DNA of 64,000 bases from Mytilus californianus. Its lineage: Eukaryota. This document shows positions 1 to 13,800 of this stretch, piece by piece. The notes beneath the pieces are model-generated. The model did not search any database. It saw only the letters and a program-made list of their open reading frames with translations, and was not told where the DNA came from. The translations under genes were made by a program, and so were the position numbers. Where the stretch lies: positions 53,506,001 to 53,570,000 of the forward strand of contig NW_026262745.1 of the NCBI RefSeq assembly GCF_021869535.1, given 5' to 3'. Position 1 is the stretch's first letter. Each line of letters starts with the position of its first letter.

Positions 1-1745
1 TTATACATGTTATTACTCTTTGTTTCCTTAAATTAACGGTACAAATTGTACTCCACTATAGATTAATATTTTTGAATAACTCTCTAATGATTTTCGAGGC
101 CAAAATATTAGAAAATCTAAAACTTACTAATTGTGTATTTAATCGTCACACGATATTCTCTAAGATGTCCAATTAATTTCCTGCAGTTTCCGATAGGATT
201 GTCATATTTCCGTGGAATTTGCTAATCGGGTGTATATCAGAAGCTGATTGGGTAAATTTTATCTGCTAACAAAGATAGTTCTTGTGAAATCCAATTCCTA
301 ATCTTTTTCTCTCATTAGCATTAATTGTTTTGTGTTGTCTGCGTCCAATGAAGCGATATCGTATATCGCAGTTATAACCTACTCGGTTAACAACAATTTG
401 AAAATAGTTACATCGTCGGAGACCGGGCAAAAAGGCACTTTGCTCTTTGGTTTCGGCATATTCATTTTTGTAGAAGTCCTCTCAAGAATAAGTTTTGTCT
501 GATTATCGGGTTGCCTCGAACTTTGCCATGCTTCCATAGGTGTCAGTTGCGGTGGCGACGGCAGAGCCATCCATGATTTCTTAAGTTGATGAATAAGTCC
601 GTTGCAGGGTAACTAATAATGTCATTTTTGTGGAGAATATTTTGCACCGACCCGTTCTCTATGGTCGGTGAACTTTTGCATAGTTTTTATGTCAAAGCTT
701 GTCATTAGGTGAGTTTAAGGTAAACCACTTACAATAAGTCAATATTATTTGTTTTGCAGCTTTTTCAAGTCTTCGCATATCGGATCTTCATGGATGTTAT
801 TTCGCTTTTTTTCCTCAGTCACGGTTCATGTTTGTTAAGGTGACTTTTAAATGTTTCGATATTGTATTTTTTCATCAAATACGAGTGTTCCTTAAATTAA
901 AAAAGGTGGGATTGTTTGGATTCTTGGTAAAATGCCCAATACTGTAAAATATAACACAAAACATGACCCGGAAAGTTTGGATTAGTTTTACTTTGTTAGC
1001 CTCACAATTTTGATTGCAACAGTTGTATTATGGTTGTAAAGTTGATATAGGCATTTTACTGACAGTTAACTGGTTGTCACCCTTACTTTCCTTGATGGTT
1101 TACAATACACAAATTTCTTACATTTAGTCCATTGATTTGACGTAAACATTCTCTTACTTTGAAAAACGTGTCATTTATACTTTAAGAAGAAAAAACATGA
1201 GATTGTGTTGTGAGTCTTTAAGACATGCTTTAAGAAAGCAAGCATATCTAGAGAAGTAAATATAATAAACAAATGACACTATTCCCCTCGATTCGTGAAT
1301 AAAATTATAAAACCTCATCCTGCACCTGTTTTGATATAGAAAACTTATGTACGTATTTATCAAGTCTAAAACATTTTTACACAAGTCAAAATGTACAGCT
1401 TTTCTGTCATCATCTTAGATGGTACTGGAGTCACATGTGAGCAGGTAATTAGTGTATATTACGTAGAATGTGAGGTTTCCATCAGCGAGACAACGAACAA
1501 TAACAGACACAAACCAAAAAGGAAAACGTATTTACTTTTTGTTAAATCAATCAACTCGAGACAAAAGATCTAACTGAACATTATCGTTCACAATATTCGC
1601 AGTTGTAATGCTTTAAAATTCTACCTTATTGTTGCTCCTGCTTTTCCAATGTTAAGACATAAAATAAATGTATAGTTAATTACAAAATATGATAACATAT
1701 GATAAAATGTAGATACTGCATCTGTATCATCTAACATTATTTCAG

Positions 1746-1833
1746 ATTAAATGTTCCAGGACACCAGGAGCCAATCTTTGGAGGCCAAATAGTCAAGCAG
1801 AGGCTGAACAGGTCATGTCTAAGTTTGGAATTT
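1746..1833 (+). CDS. Lectin gene 1, exon 5 equivalent
   Basis: ttcag|ATT...ATTT|gtaag; IKCSRTPGANLWRPNSQAEAEQVMSKFGI. Confidence 0.88.
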
Positions 1834-4800
1834 GTAAGTTATGACTAAAGTAATTATTTTTTATCCTTGTAATTAAGGATGTACTTAGGTGAAATTAAAA
1901 ATAAATCTAAAATTTAAAATTGATACTTTAAGTCAGAAGAGCATACGATAAGGAACAGAATAAGCTTAAAAATATTGATAGGTTATGGAGCTCCTTTTCG
2001 AGATTTTTAATTTGAAAAAAATAACGGGAAAAGGCTGTCTCTGGCTTTTACCTTATATTTGCATTGGTATTATTTGGGTGCCAAATCGAAAGAAAAAAAA
2101 TGTAGAATCTCCTAAATTTATTTGTAAATGACTTTTTATAAAATATTGTAGTCTTATATGAAAAGAAAAATTGGGGCAAAATATTTTACCCTGTATCGTA
2201 GGAAAATAAACAGCTGCGCCATAAGCGCATCGTACGCCCGTCGCTTTTTAAAAGAATAAAGTTCAATAACTTCTCAATGTCATATCAGAAATTAATGAAA
2301 AACTAAAGGGAGGTTATCTTAATAGATATAAATCAGTCACCAAAGTTTCATGAAAACTCCTAAAAGCGAATGGAGCACTATAAAGATATTGTCCGAAAAC
2401 TGGAAAATCACCCCTTTTTATGAATAAAATCCCATAATTCGGAAACGTAAAATCTAAAATTATTAATAATCGTAAGGGAGCTCACGTCAATAGATATAAA
2501 CAATTCACCAAAGTTTCTTGCAAATTGGTGAAAATGTTTTCGAGTGATTGTCCGAAAACTGGGAAATCCCCCTTTTTTAATGAATAAAACCTCATAACTC
2601 GGACACTTAAATTCTAAAATATATTAAAAACGAAAGGGAGCTCACGTCAATAGATATAAACACTTCATCAAAGTTTCATGCAAATTAGTCCTTAGCGTTT
2701 TTGAGTTATTGTCCGACATGTTGACGACTGACGGACAGACGGCCAGACGGACGGACAACGGTATACCATAATACGTCCCGAAAACGGGCATATAAAAACA
2801 AAGGATTCCGAACATCAGTCAAAAATTCCTAAACCTGACCTAAGTACATCCTTAAGAGAAAACAAAATCTTATATGCATTGACAGTGCTTTCCTATTTAC
2901 CTGTTTTTAGTAAGTATGAACAAAACTTCCCGTAGGAGTTTAAAACTTTTACCAGTTAAATCAGACAGTTTTGTTATTCCCGATTTGACTACAATGTTTT
3001 AACTTAAATGAAGGAGAGATCAGCGACTTTCGATTAGGTTGCTCTTGAATAAAGATGTTTTTTTTTCTTTAAAAGAATAGAAACTGTTCTTAAACCTTCA
3101 TATATAAATTTCTTTTACCAAGCCTTGATTCTCGCTAATGGATACTACATGTATTCTTCTAACTTTAGTGCTTTGTGTTTTTTATCCTTTGAAGAACGGA
3201 GATAACTAGCCAAGGACAGAGAGATGTACAAAACAGTAATTTTCAACTATTTTTGTTGATGTTTGTCAAGTATTCGTAAAAGCAGTTATTTCCTTCTGTT
3301 AAGTTTAAAGATTGTTGTTATTCGTGTTTATATGTCGATTTAAGGAATGTAAAATGATACAAAGAAGGTATAAACAAACTTTTTCGAAAGACAACTTACA
3401 CTACAACACAAAATAGATCCCGTTTAATTTTGAAATATATCCGAGTTACTCTGAAATTATATTTTTAAATCTATTTAATTATTGTTGTTTAAAAGTAAGT
3501 TAAGATTCAAATTTAAAACAAGATATCGATATATATATATATGGATTGCATGGAGGAACTTTAAAAAATAACAATGAATACATGCTAAAAAAGAAAAATT
3601 CTACTCAGCATTCGAATTCTGAATTGTTTGATATGTCAATAAAGTAAGAATAAAAAATTTGTTTTGCTTATATATTGTGAATAATGTATTAAGCAATTAA
3701 TAAGAAATATTAGAAGGAAATCAATTAAATGACTGAAATGGTTCAGAATTAAATATAAAATTCTCTCTGCATTAGGATTTAAACGTTTTTGATATATCAA
3801 CATCTAACAATGCAATGTCTTAGCCAGACAAAATAAAATTGAATCGTTTTCAGTTGTACATGTAATCATAAAAAGAGATTGGGCAATATTACCATTTATT
3901 TGTTTCACTCACAGGTTCAAGATGTGATGTAGCCAAGTTTTACTAGAAATAGAGTATTAAAGAGCCTATATCATATACTTAAATCGTTTGTTAAAATTTT
4001 TACATATTTCTACAATTGAAAATATAACTAAGCGTTACATGTTGTTGTTGAAGGCAAAATTGTGTTTGTTAAATTTCGCTTTGAAAGTCATTGATAACAA
4101 AAAATGAATTAGTCTTTACCCAAACATGCAAAAGACAATTCATAGCTTTACTTCTAATAGAATGTAGGTTTTTGTTAATGATGTTCTTCTTGTACATTTT
4201 TGGGATTCATATTCATTATTTGCCAATTTTGCGATTTTGTTGTATCTCTAGATGTGTATAATTTTGTGATTTTTTGATAAATAAGCAATAATATTTTCAT
4301 AACCTTAAGATACACACATTTAACTATGATACTATGACTTTATGTAAAGATTGAAAAAAACATAAGGGGAAATCGGCTCAGCATTTTCAGGTAGCACTTG
4401 GTTTATACAGTTTATAACAAACTGACAGGAAATTAACGAATATTCATTTTCGTCCCTTTCTGACAGTTTCCTAATTGAAATACACTCAGTATTAAAAAAA
4501 TACAACTTATTTTATTAATGTGCTTATCCTTTCCTCGATTGATTTGCATAAGAATCACTTAAATTCCAAATCAAAAAGCTGAAAATTTATAAATACTTGG
4601 ATAATTGAGGTGCCAACCAAAAGGGGCATAGAAATGATATCAAAATCACCCATGGTTATCTTTTACTGATGAATTTAAACCTTGATTTCCTAATAATATC
4701 TGAATTCATCAGCAGATAATTTAACAGACGTTTGCTTTTATGTGACCGTGCCTTTCATTGACTTCTGAGCGGTTAATTCAACAAATCAACATCCCTCCGT

Positions 4801-7800
4801 TAGGAGCAATATTGATCCAGTTCTAGAAAATGAAAATTGTATGTGATGAAGTTTTTAGATATTACGGGGGTGTACAAAAATGTCCATGCCTCATCAGGAA
4901 CAATTGAACCCAAAATTAGAAAGCCAAAGTTGTGTATAACTTTTAATACTTAAGGCGAAGTGTACGTAATCAACTACTCCACAGATTTTTTAAAAATTTT
5001 ACATGTGGATTCTGCTTGTAAAAATACATCAGAAAATAAAATAAAAAAAAGGGGGTAACCGTTTTCGTTTTTCAGATACAAGCTGTTGAAATTAACAGCA
5101 TGATACGCCAAAAATACAAAGGATATATAGGGAAAATCATAAAAATCGGCGGATATTTTTACTTTATCAAAATTTTCTAATTCGTTGGTCCACAGAATTT
5201 TTTTAAAAATCGAAATGTGATTCAAAAATGAACGATGAATCCATTGGTGCAAAGAAAGTCCTTAGCAACCGTGCTTGTTTTCAAGCTATATCGTCTAGAA
5301 GTTTCATTTTTAGCGGAAAAAATAAAAAAATATTCGGCGACGTTATTGATGTCTACTGTAACGTCGTCATAAATTCTACTCTATAACGCTATTATACCGT
5401 ACAGTGTCGTAACAAAAATCGTGTGTATAACCTATTTTCCTAATTCTTGCAAATGCTCAAGCGTAATCGAATTGATTAGGAAATAAACTGACTAATTTTT
5501 AAGGATATTTCTGCTGCCAAAAAAAAATTAGAATTGGCAAATAAATATACTGCAAGTGAAATAAAGTTACTTTATAGACTCCATCTTTTCTAAATAAGAC
5601 AGGGTTCCACATCTTTTTGACAATGTTTGTATTGTTCTAATAATTATGAATCAAATATCGAGTTTGAAATTATCCAGGTTAGCACAGCGTTGACAGAATG
5701 ATTCGATAGATAGAAAATAAAAGGATAGGGAGTAAATGTACATGGGACAAAATCGCACACAATGTATAGAAAAAATAAAAGAATTATCAATGAACAGGGC
5801 TTTTATTCCTGTTCTTCATCTAGACAGTTGATGTAGGGTCTTCAACAATAAACGAATCATTCATACCATACAACAAGGTCAAGACGGCCCCTAGCGTCGA
5901 CTTATGCGGTACTATTGATAAAAATAAACCACAGTTCACCTTCTTGCTCCCCACCCGCCTCTGAGTGCCAAATTGTGTGATGCTTGTGTACGACGGTTCT
6001 CCAGTCGAAAGCACAAGAGATACAAGAAAAGTGCAGTAATTTTGAAAGACATCGATCGCCGCTAAAATATGCTTTGAAGTTACACATGTCGGGAGCGGTC
6101 AATGAATTAAATTATTTATAATTACGGGCGAGGTTTTTCAACTATTTATCATACATTGCCCACAAAAAGACCAATATATTCGAAACAACAAATGATAGAC
6201 AATACATATAAAACTAAACAACAAATGATAGACAGCACGGGACACATCGAAATATATGTAAGAAAACCTAAAAATAAATATATATATATATTAAAAAATT
6301 CGGTTATAATATTGAGGTCGCGTAAAGAAGTCTTTTTTTAAATCTTATTTCTGGATGTTCGTATTTGAAAGAAGTAAATATAATTTTCTGCATCTTTTAA
6401 TCCTCACCATTTCCGGTGCTATTGAGGTATTGCGTACAAAACCCATTATTTTGTCAGGTTCACACACGTGCACGTGACACAACTTTGCAATTTTATTTTA
6501 AAAGTTCCTGTCTCAATCGCTTTCCCTTTCCCTTTTTCTTTAACTACACGACAAAGCATGATGTAACGTTTGATGGAGTTTCAGTAACAAAGGAAATAAT
6601 TTCTTTTCCCTTTTTGTTAAGTATCAACATGTACGACTCCCAAAAAATAAGAAAACTGCATCTGAATATTATCTTGAGAATTTGTATGGCTGTAATAAGG
6701 TCAAAAGAAGAACCCGCATATGAATTTCAGCCAAATAAAACAGATTGGAGTTTTTTTATATAACTTCCCGTAGCACAGATCATTCCCAGTGTTATGCCTT
6801 AGCATTGTGTATATTGTAATGCAGCTATAGCATTGTATAGTGTAATTCTAAAGCTTTGTGTATAGTGATATGCTATAAATGTACTGATGTAATGCTATAA
6901 ATTTACGGATGTAATGCATGTACAAGGGCGATGTTATGAGAATGTATCAGTATGATGCTGAAAATTGTACCTAGTGTAATCCAAGGTGATTGTTCATAAT
7001 GTAATGCTATACGAGTTTAACTTGTGTATAGTGCCATTCAAGTTTTTTTTTTATATTGTATAAAAATAAGGAGATGTGGTATGATTGCAAAAGAGACAAC
7101 TATCGGTAGATCAGATGGTTTTTTTTTCTATGAGTCCGTTCTGGTCATGGTTCAAATTCTCTTTTGTTTTAAAAATATTTTACCAAATATCATTCAATAT
7201 ACAACAAAATACATAAAACTTGAAATTTAAAGACTGAACTATCGACAAATTTAGTATCGTAAAGTATATTAAACATTGTTGGGAATTTTTTCAAGAAAGT
7301 AAGGCCCGTGACCCCTATTACTTAAAAGTTTCCCCTATATAAACAAAATGAAATACCCCAAACTTCGTTAATTTCAATGTATTATGACGGGAAAATAAGG
7401 TCCGTGATCCCAAGTTTTTATATTGAAATTTGAAATTACATTGACTGAGAAGTCTTTTACAGAAGTTTACGAATAATCTATCGTCTAACATTTAGACACC
7501 CCAGCTACCTTACTGAATGAAGTGGATGTAAGCAATTATTAGATAGGCAACCATACAGCTTTCAACAATAAGAAAAATCCATACCGTATAGTCTGTTATA
7601 AAAGGCCCCGACATTGTAACATTATTTTCTTCGCCCTTCCCCCTTTTCCCCCTACCTTATACTCTTATACTCTATTCTATCATAATCTTCAATTGAGACT
7701 TGAGAAGAAAAATTGTACTTCAAAATTGTATTCACTTCTTCTGAATGATACCTTAAAGCACAACAAAAGAATACAAATTTTGCAATCCCTTTCAAATTAG

Positions 7801-10800
7801 AATTTGATAAAGTAAAATCATCCATGCGTAGTTTCAGTTTCAACCATGGTTCTAAATTTAGATTCTACTTTCCCCAAAAATTGCGGACGGAATAGAAGAC
7901 ACCTGTTTATTTTCTGCACATAATCATTGAGAACTGAGATTTGGATGACATAGATTTTACTTACTCCGAGATAAATGTGATTGTGCTCAATTCTAAGTTT
8001 CTGTGTAATGTTTTGTGGATAGAATCTGATTGTCTTTTTTTTGCTATGGTCTTCGACTTATAAATGTTACAAGGACTTATAAATGTTGCACTATAGTGCC
8101 GTAGTGGTCGATAACCCCTTTGTATCTTTTATACTTTTAACATAAATGAAATCATTCTAAAATTTTCAATTTGCATAAAAAACGGGACATGCCAACGTCT
8201 TTCTAGTTCAACACACAAATTCACATGCAATATAATTATTCGTTACCTACAATTTTACGCTACACTGTGAATTTCATTTTAAAGACTATTGTTTTTCAAG
8301 AAATATCGTGGGGTCAATTTTGGTTTGATTTTAACGAGTTTGGTACGACTAGAAGCAGAACTGTCACTGGTTTATTTGTTTATTTGGTTATAATTTTGTT
8401 GTTTAGGCGTTTTTACTTTCTGTTTAAATAAACACTGAGTCGTATTGTGTACCTGTTCCTGCCTGTCTAAAACAAAAACAGTGGCAATAGAGTCAGACTT
8501 ACTCACAAGAGGATACTCAGATTTCTGATTGAAGATGTTGGAGTCATTCTGATAATTTCTTTGAAGTTTTGAGATGGCACAGGAATACTTGTTTTGATTC
8601 ATGATAGATCACACGAAGTCATTTGTCTTTCATGTGCCCATTTTTCCTTTCTTTGAGTAGGGGAGATAACTCGCGTTACTAACGACGCACGTTGTTTATC
8701 CCAAATTCCGATAGAGGCGTGCAATTACGTATACTTCGCCTTAATGAGCTACATCACCATTCGATAATAATGTTGATGGTCATTTCGATACATTAGGATG
8801 TGTGGTATGTTGCATCGTTATCACTATTCGCTTAAGGCTTATGGCTCAGCTAGCTTATATTCAACTGTTGTCCCTTATCTTCACTCTTATGTCATCTTTA
8901 GGAGTAATAATGGTATTGTATGAAATCAAGCTAAACTTCATTTATACTTGTCATATGTTGTAAACGAAAGGTAAGCAAATTCTTTGTAATGTCAACGCAC
9001 CCTTTAAACCAAAATATTTATCTTTCGATATGTCGCAACAACCTGTTTAGTGAAAATAATTTGTCGATATCGAATAAGCAAAACCAAAAAGGAATATTAA
9101 ATGGCAAAACTATTTTGAAATAAAATAGGAGAAGAAAGCTCTTGTATTAGGTTTCTAATAAGCAAAACAAAACAAAACATGAGGACATTTAGAATGTGAC
9201 CATTTACGTAAAACTGATAATTTTTTGTTTATCAGACATATCTAGAATAATGGCCAAAATCATTTTCTGTGTATTCCCTGAAAAGATCATATCTGTTGTA
9301 CATGTAGCAAACACAACAGCATGTTGTACCACCCCGATGAGTTTCAATTTCGACTAAAACTGCAGACCCGATTCCAATAGATTATATGACACTCCCTCCC
9401 GAAATAAACGATGCATATCTAGGATTTTATAACTATATATATTCGGATATTTAAACAGGTTCCATTCTTCATTCATAACAAAAAAGCGCTACAGTTCTAA
9501 AACATAAGATAACAGTAAAAGAGATGTGACATACAGATTGGAGATACATGCATACGACAATGTTACATCATATCTTATTTTATAATTTTTATATGATAAA
9601 ATTCTATACTTAAAAAGAAAAGAAAAACATGTTTTGGTATGAGCGTTTCTGATGAAGCTTATCCACGTCAAAAAGCACTATAGAAGCAACAAATTTATAT
9701 TGTGTTATTTTCATTTAAATTTCATTTCACTCCGAAATCTTAAGACGCACCATGAAACAATCCTTACAATTTCAAATAGTTTACATATACTTCTTGTTTC
9801 TGTGCATTAATACAGGATCTTGTAAAAGAAAAACGAAAGATACCAAAGGGACATTCAAACTCATAAGTCGAAAACAAACAGACAACGCCATGGCTAAACA
9901 AAGAAGACCAACGAGCAAACAGACAAACAACAGTACACAAAACACAACATAGAAAACAAAAGACTGAGCTACGCGAAACCCACCAAAAACTTGGGATAAT
10001 CGCAGGTTCTCTAGAAGGGTAAGCAGATCCTGTTTTACATGTGGCACCCATCATGTTGCTCATGTTAGTTTAACTCTGGAGATAGGTTTAATTCATATTC
10101 GGGAAAAGGGGACGAGGTAGTAGTTACGACAGTTGGAACATATCCGATGTAACACTAGAAAAAACAATATTCATGAGATACTCATTTGAATTATACCTTC
10201 TTACAGCATTAAACTCAGCTATATGGACTGGGGCTTATAGTCCTAGCGGTAACGGACAGTATGTATTTGTCTCAGACAATAGTGCATTGTCATTCATGAA
10301 TCTTCCATTTGGAACAAAAGGTAACTATCAACTATGAGATATACTAATTTGGACGAAAATTTGCATTTTAGACTGTTTTGCTTATAATATTAATTTCCTG
10401 ATGATATTGCGATACTTTAATATTAATGAACGAAAGAGTCGACAGATTTTCAGTTAAAAATTTATGAAATGTCCATAAAAGAAATGATACATACACGTCA
10501 ATGTAAAAGTAACACAACAAAATAAAAAAAAACAAAAAAGACAAAACACAGTCAACACATTGTTTTCAACAGTAGAAGTCTTAAGCCTAGAAAAAAATAT
10601 CCGGCACTGGTATATAAGAAAATCAAAGATCTATCATAACCATAACATTTCCAATATTGACAAAAAATGTGTATGTATTTAAAATAAAAACCACCAACAA
10701 GTTTATTTATATAGGACAGGAACATGAACGTTTATCGAAGAACAATCTTCTTGAAAGATACTACTGGATTAAGGGTATTCCGTTAAGTTACTCTTCATTT

Positions 10801-13800
10801 AATGTTAAAATCATGCATAACACTCAGAAATACAAAACCTCTCCTCGATTTGGCATAACGTTTCGGAATTTTTGGTTTTCAGTGCTCTGCAATTCCATTA
10901 TTGATTTGGTCTCAAAACAAAATCGAGCGCCCATGACGAGTCCTATAATATTTACTAGACTTGCGATTGGCGCATCAAATTATCAGCCTGGTTTCCTAGA
11001 TTATTATGTTTTCTGACTTGGGGTGGGTGGCGGGCGTATAATAGACAAACTATGCATTGCATTATCCTGTCGAAACAAACGATTTCAATTTCAGTTTATA
11101 TGATTCAAAATTTTGCCATGGCTTTTTTTATAATTGCATACTTGAATAGCAAGAAAAACTGAAAATTGGCATCTTTATATAAATCATTTAATACAAAATA
11201 TTCGTATGTACATTCATAATGTTTGCACTGTTTTCATTATGGAACAAAAGCGACAGGATAGGTTTTACAACAGCAAAAACAATATACATTTACATTTTAA
11301 CTTTTGATTGCATTAATTGTATATCTAATTTCATGATATCGCAAAAATTTATCCAGTATTTATGCTCATTCTTTAGCAATCATAACAATAAATGATCAAA
11401 ATAAATTATATCCAAATGTATATTAAACGATAAGTGCAATACAGTCATTGTTTTTGTCTTGAAATAAAACATATTACACCACTGTCACATATTTAGTGGT
11501 AGGGGTTGAGTACTCACAAACAAGTTTAACCCCACCACATTCCTAATGTGTTTATCCCATGTCAGGAGCTTGTAGTTATTGTCATTGGTTAATGTTTATC
11601 TTATTTGGTTGTCGTATATTGTGTTGTTACATATTAGGCTGTTGGTTTTCATCGTTTGAATGTTTTAAAATTTGCATTTCCGGACATTTTATAGCCGACT
11701 TTACGGTAGATGTTTATTCATTGTTGAAGGCCGTACGGTTGCCTATAGCTGATTAGATCCACTATCATTGATTTGTTGTGGATACTTTTCTCATTAACAA
11801 TCATATCATATCTCCCTTTTTATATAGCAATAAATGCGACAAATTGCCTTCAAACTACATTTTACGATAGATATGTCACTGTCCGTACGTCGTCTGCTAC
11901 GAATCTGAAACCCGGATATTATCGGAACCAATATGTCTTTTCCGGACCATATGAGTATTTGGGACATACGCGTATCGTCATGACCATATGCGTTTACTCA
12001 TATGGTCTGACCATACGCGTATGGTCATGACCATATGCTATACTCATTTGGTCTGACCATACGCGTATGGTCGGACCATATGAGTATTATACTGGTTTGG
12101 TTATTAATGGGCCGGACCATATAGGTATTTTTCTCTAGCTTTCGCGGGAACACACAGCTCATTCTCCGAACCAAAAACGACACACGTTACTAATCAAATT
12201 TCTTTATCTTTTTTATATATTGTCTGAATTAAGGTGTATTTATCATTTTATCTTCTCTAGCATCAATTTAAAGCGCCTTTCTCCTGGCTGTCGACTTTTT
12301 CGTCTGTAAGTGAAACCATGGGCGTTTGAGACATGTACCTATTTTGAGACATGTTCTTTTTCTTGATGTTTAAATTTTTATTCCAGAAACAAAATGTCTA
12401 CTTATTTCTACTTATTTTCACTTAATTGATGTCTTCTTGCACCTTATTATATACGAACTTAATGTTATTGTAAAATCGTATGAGTAGGAGCAAGAACACA
12501 TTTTGTAAATAACTAAAAACAAGTTGAAGTAGTTAAGAAATTCTAATTTAACAAACACAATAGTTCTTACTTGTAGGTAAAATTCGCATTGTTTCATTAA
12601 TCATGTAACATTGATTACCATATGATTGAATATGTCAAATTTTCATTTTTAAGAAACTCTTAATTATGCGACACCTTTTTCAATGTTAATCATCAGTTAA
12701 TTACCCGAACCATACGCGTATGGTAAGACCATATGAGTATATACACATATGGTCATGACCATACGCGTATGGTCCAAATACTCATATGGTCCTGAACATG
12801 TCCATAATCCTCCTTCGGGTATCGATCATAGTAAATGTTATCATTCATCCCGCCTGCCACTTACGCATTATGGTCAAATACAATTATATTCTACTAACTT
12901 GTTAAAAATAACCGTAGAAAAACTTGACAATTGTAGACATACTTTGAATGTCACGATTCATACATGGGTCAGTATGCGAAATGAAATGTGCGGGGTACGA
13001 ATTGAGATTCGTTTCCCGGCAATTTGATATACTATGGAAAGCCCTGTGTAATGCGGCTTCTCAAGGTAAGAAATCCGTATTTTTACACAACAAATCCATT
13101 GAAAATTCTAATACTTTACAGACATGTAATAGCCTCATAGTAAATACACCTCCATTGTTTGGACCTCTGCTCCTCAAGTCAGCACATATCACGACACTTG
13201 TCAGAAATAACAAAATGTCCAATATCACTGCACATTCATTTAATGTTTACATAATATATTTCAACACCTCACATTGAGGTGATGAGGGATATTGTTCAAG
13301 ATCTAGCCCTACTTTCTCTTTAAATTCGTCAATAAAATTATTGTCCTTATAATGACAATATTAACCAGTTTTGGCTATTACCTCATTATAATAGATAGAG
13401 AGTTATTGTAAAGATAGAAAAAATTATCAACAGAGCAGAACGAACCTGCTGACAAATCAAATAACTAAACATGCTAAAGTAGTCAGATGACGGTATTTAC
13501 CCTCTTGTATTTTTTAATGTTTTTTAAGATTGAAGAAGCTCAAAATAACCAAAATGATCAGAAAAATGACATCTTCAAATAAGTCAAATGACCAAAATCA
13601 TCAATAAACTTTAACTAGGAGTTCTTCCCCTTAAATGACGATTTCTACCAATTTCCCGCTTTTCATAAGAAACTGATGTATATATTGTTATAACATTGTA
13701 TCATTTGTTGGCGTGCTAGACCATCTCATTTCACTATACCGGCTTCAGCAGTTTAAAATCGAAAACAACTGATCGCTTTTTTCGGTAAAAGGTTAACAGA

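Noticed and set aside
1419-1444. Possible micro-exon cttag|ATGGTACTGGAGTCACATGTGAGCAG|gtaatt (DGTGVTCEQ), resembling the start of exon 3
   Set aside because: It does not supply the exon 4 content (CPxGY, CY, W) needed before exon 5 and has no counterpart in genes 2 and 3
9764-10063. Hydrophobic 88-99 aa ORFs on the minus strand (also 50103-50321 and similar)
   Set aside because: They are translations of the TG-rich family B repeat tail, not genes
11940-12130. Short palindromic repeats that look superficially CRISPR-like
   Set aside because: Eukaryotic context, no unique spacers of regular length, no cas genes; explained as transposon TIR sub-repeats
13020-13277. Donor and acceptor pair (caag|gtaag ... 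ttacag|) and a 109-aa ORF inside gene 1 intron 6
   Set aside because: No recognisable protein, no paralogous block in gene 2, and not needed for the lectin frame
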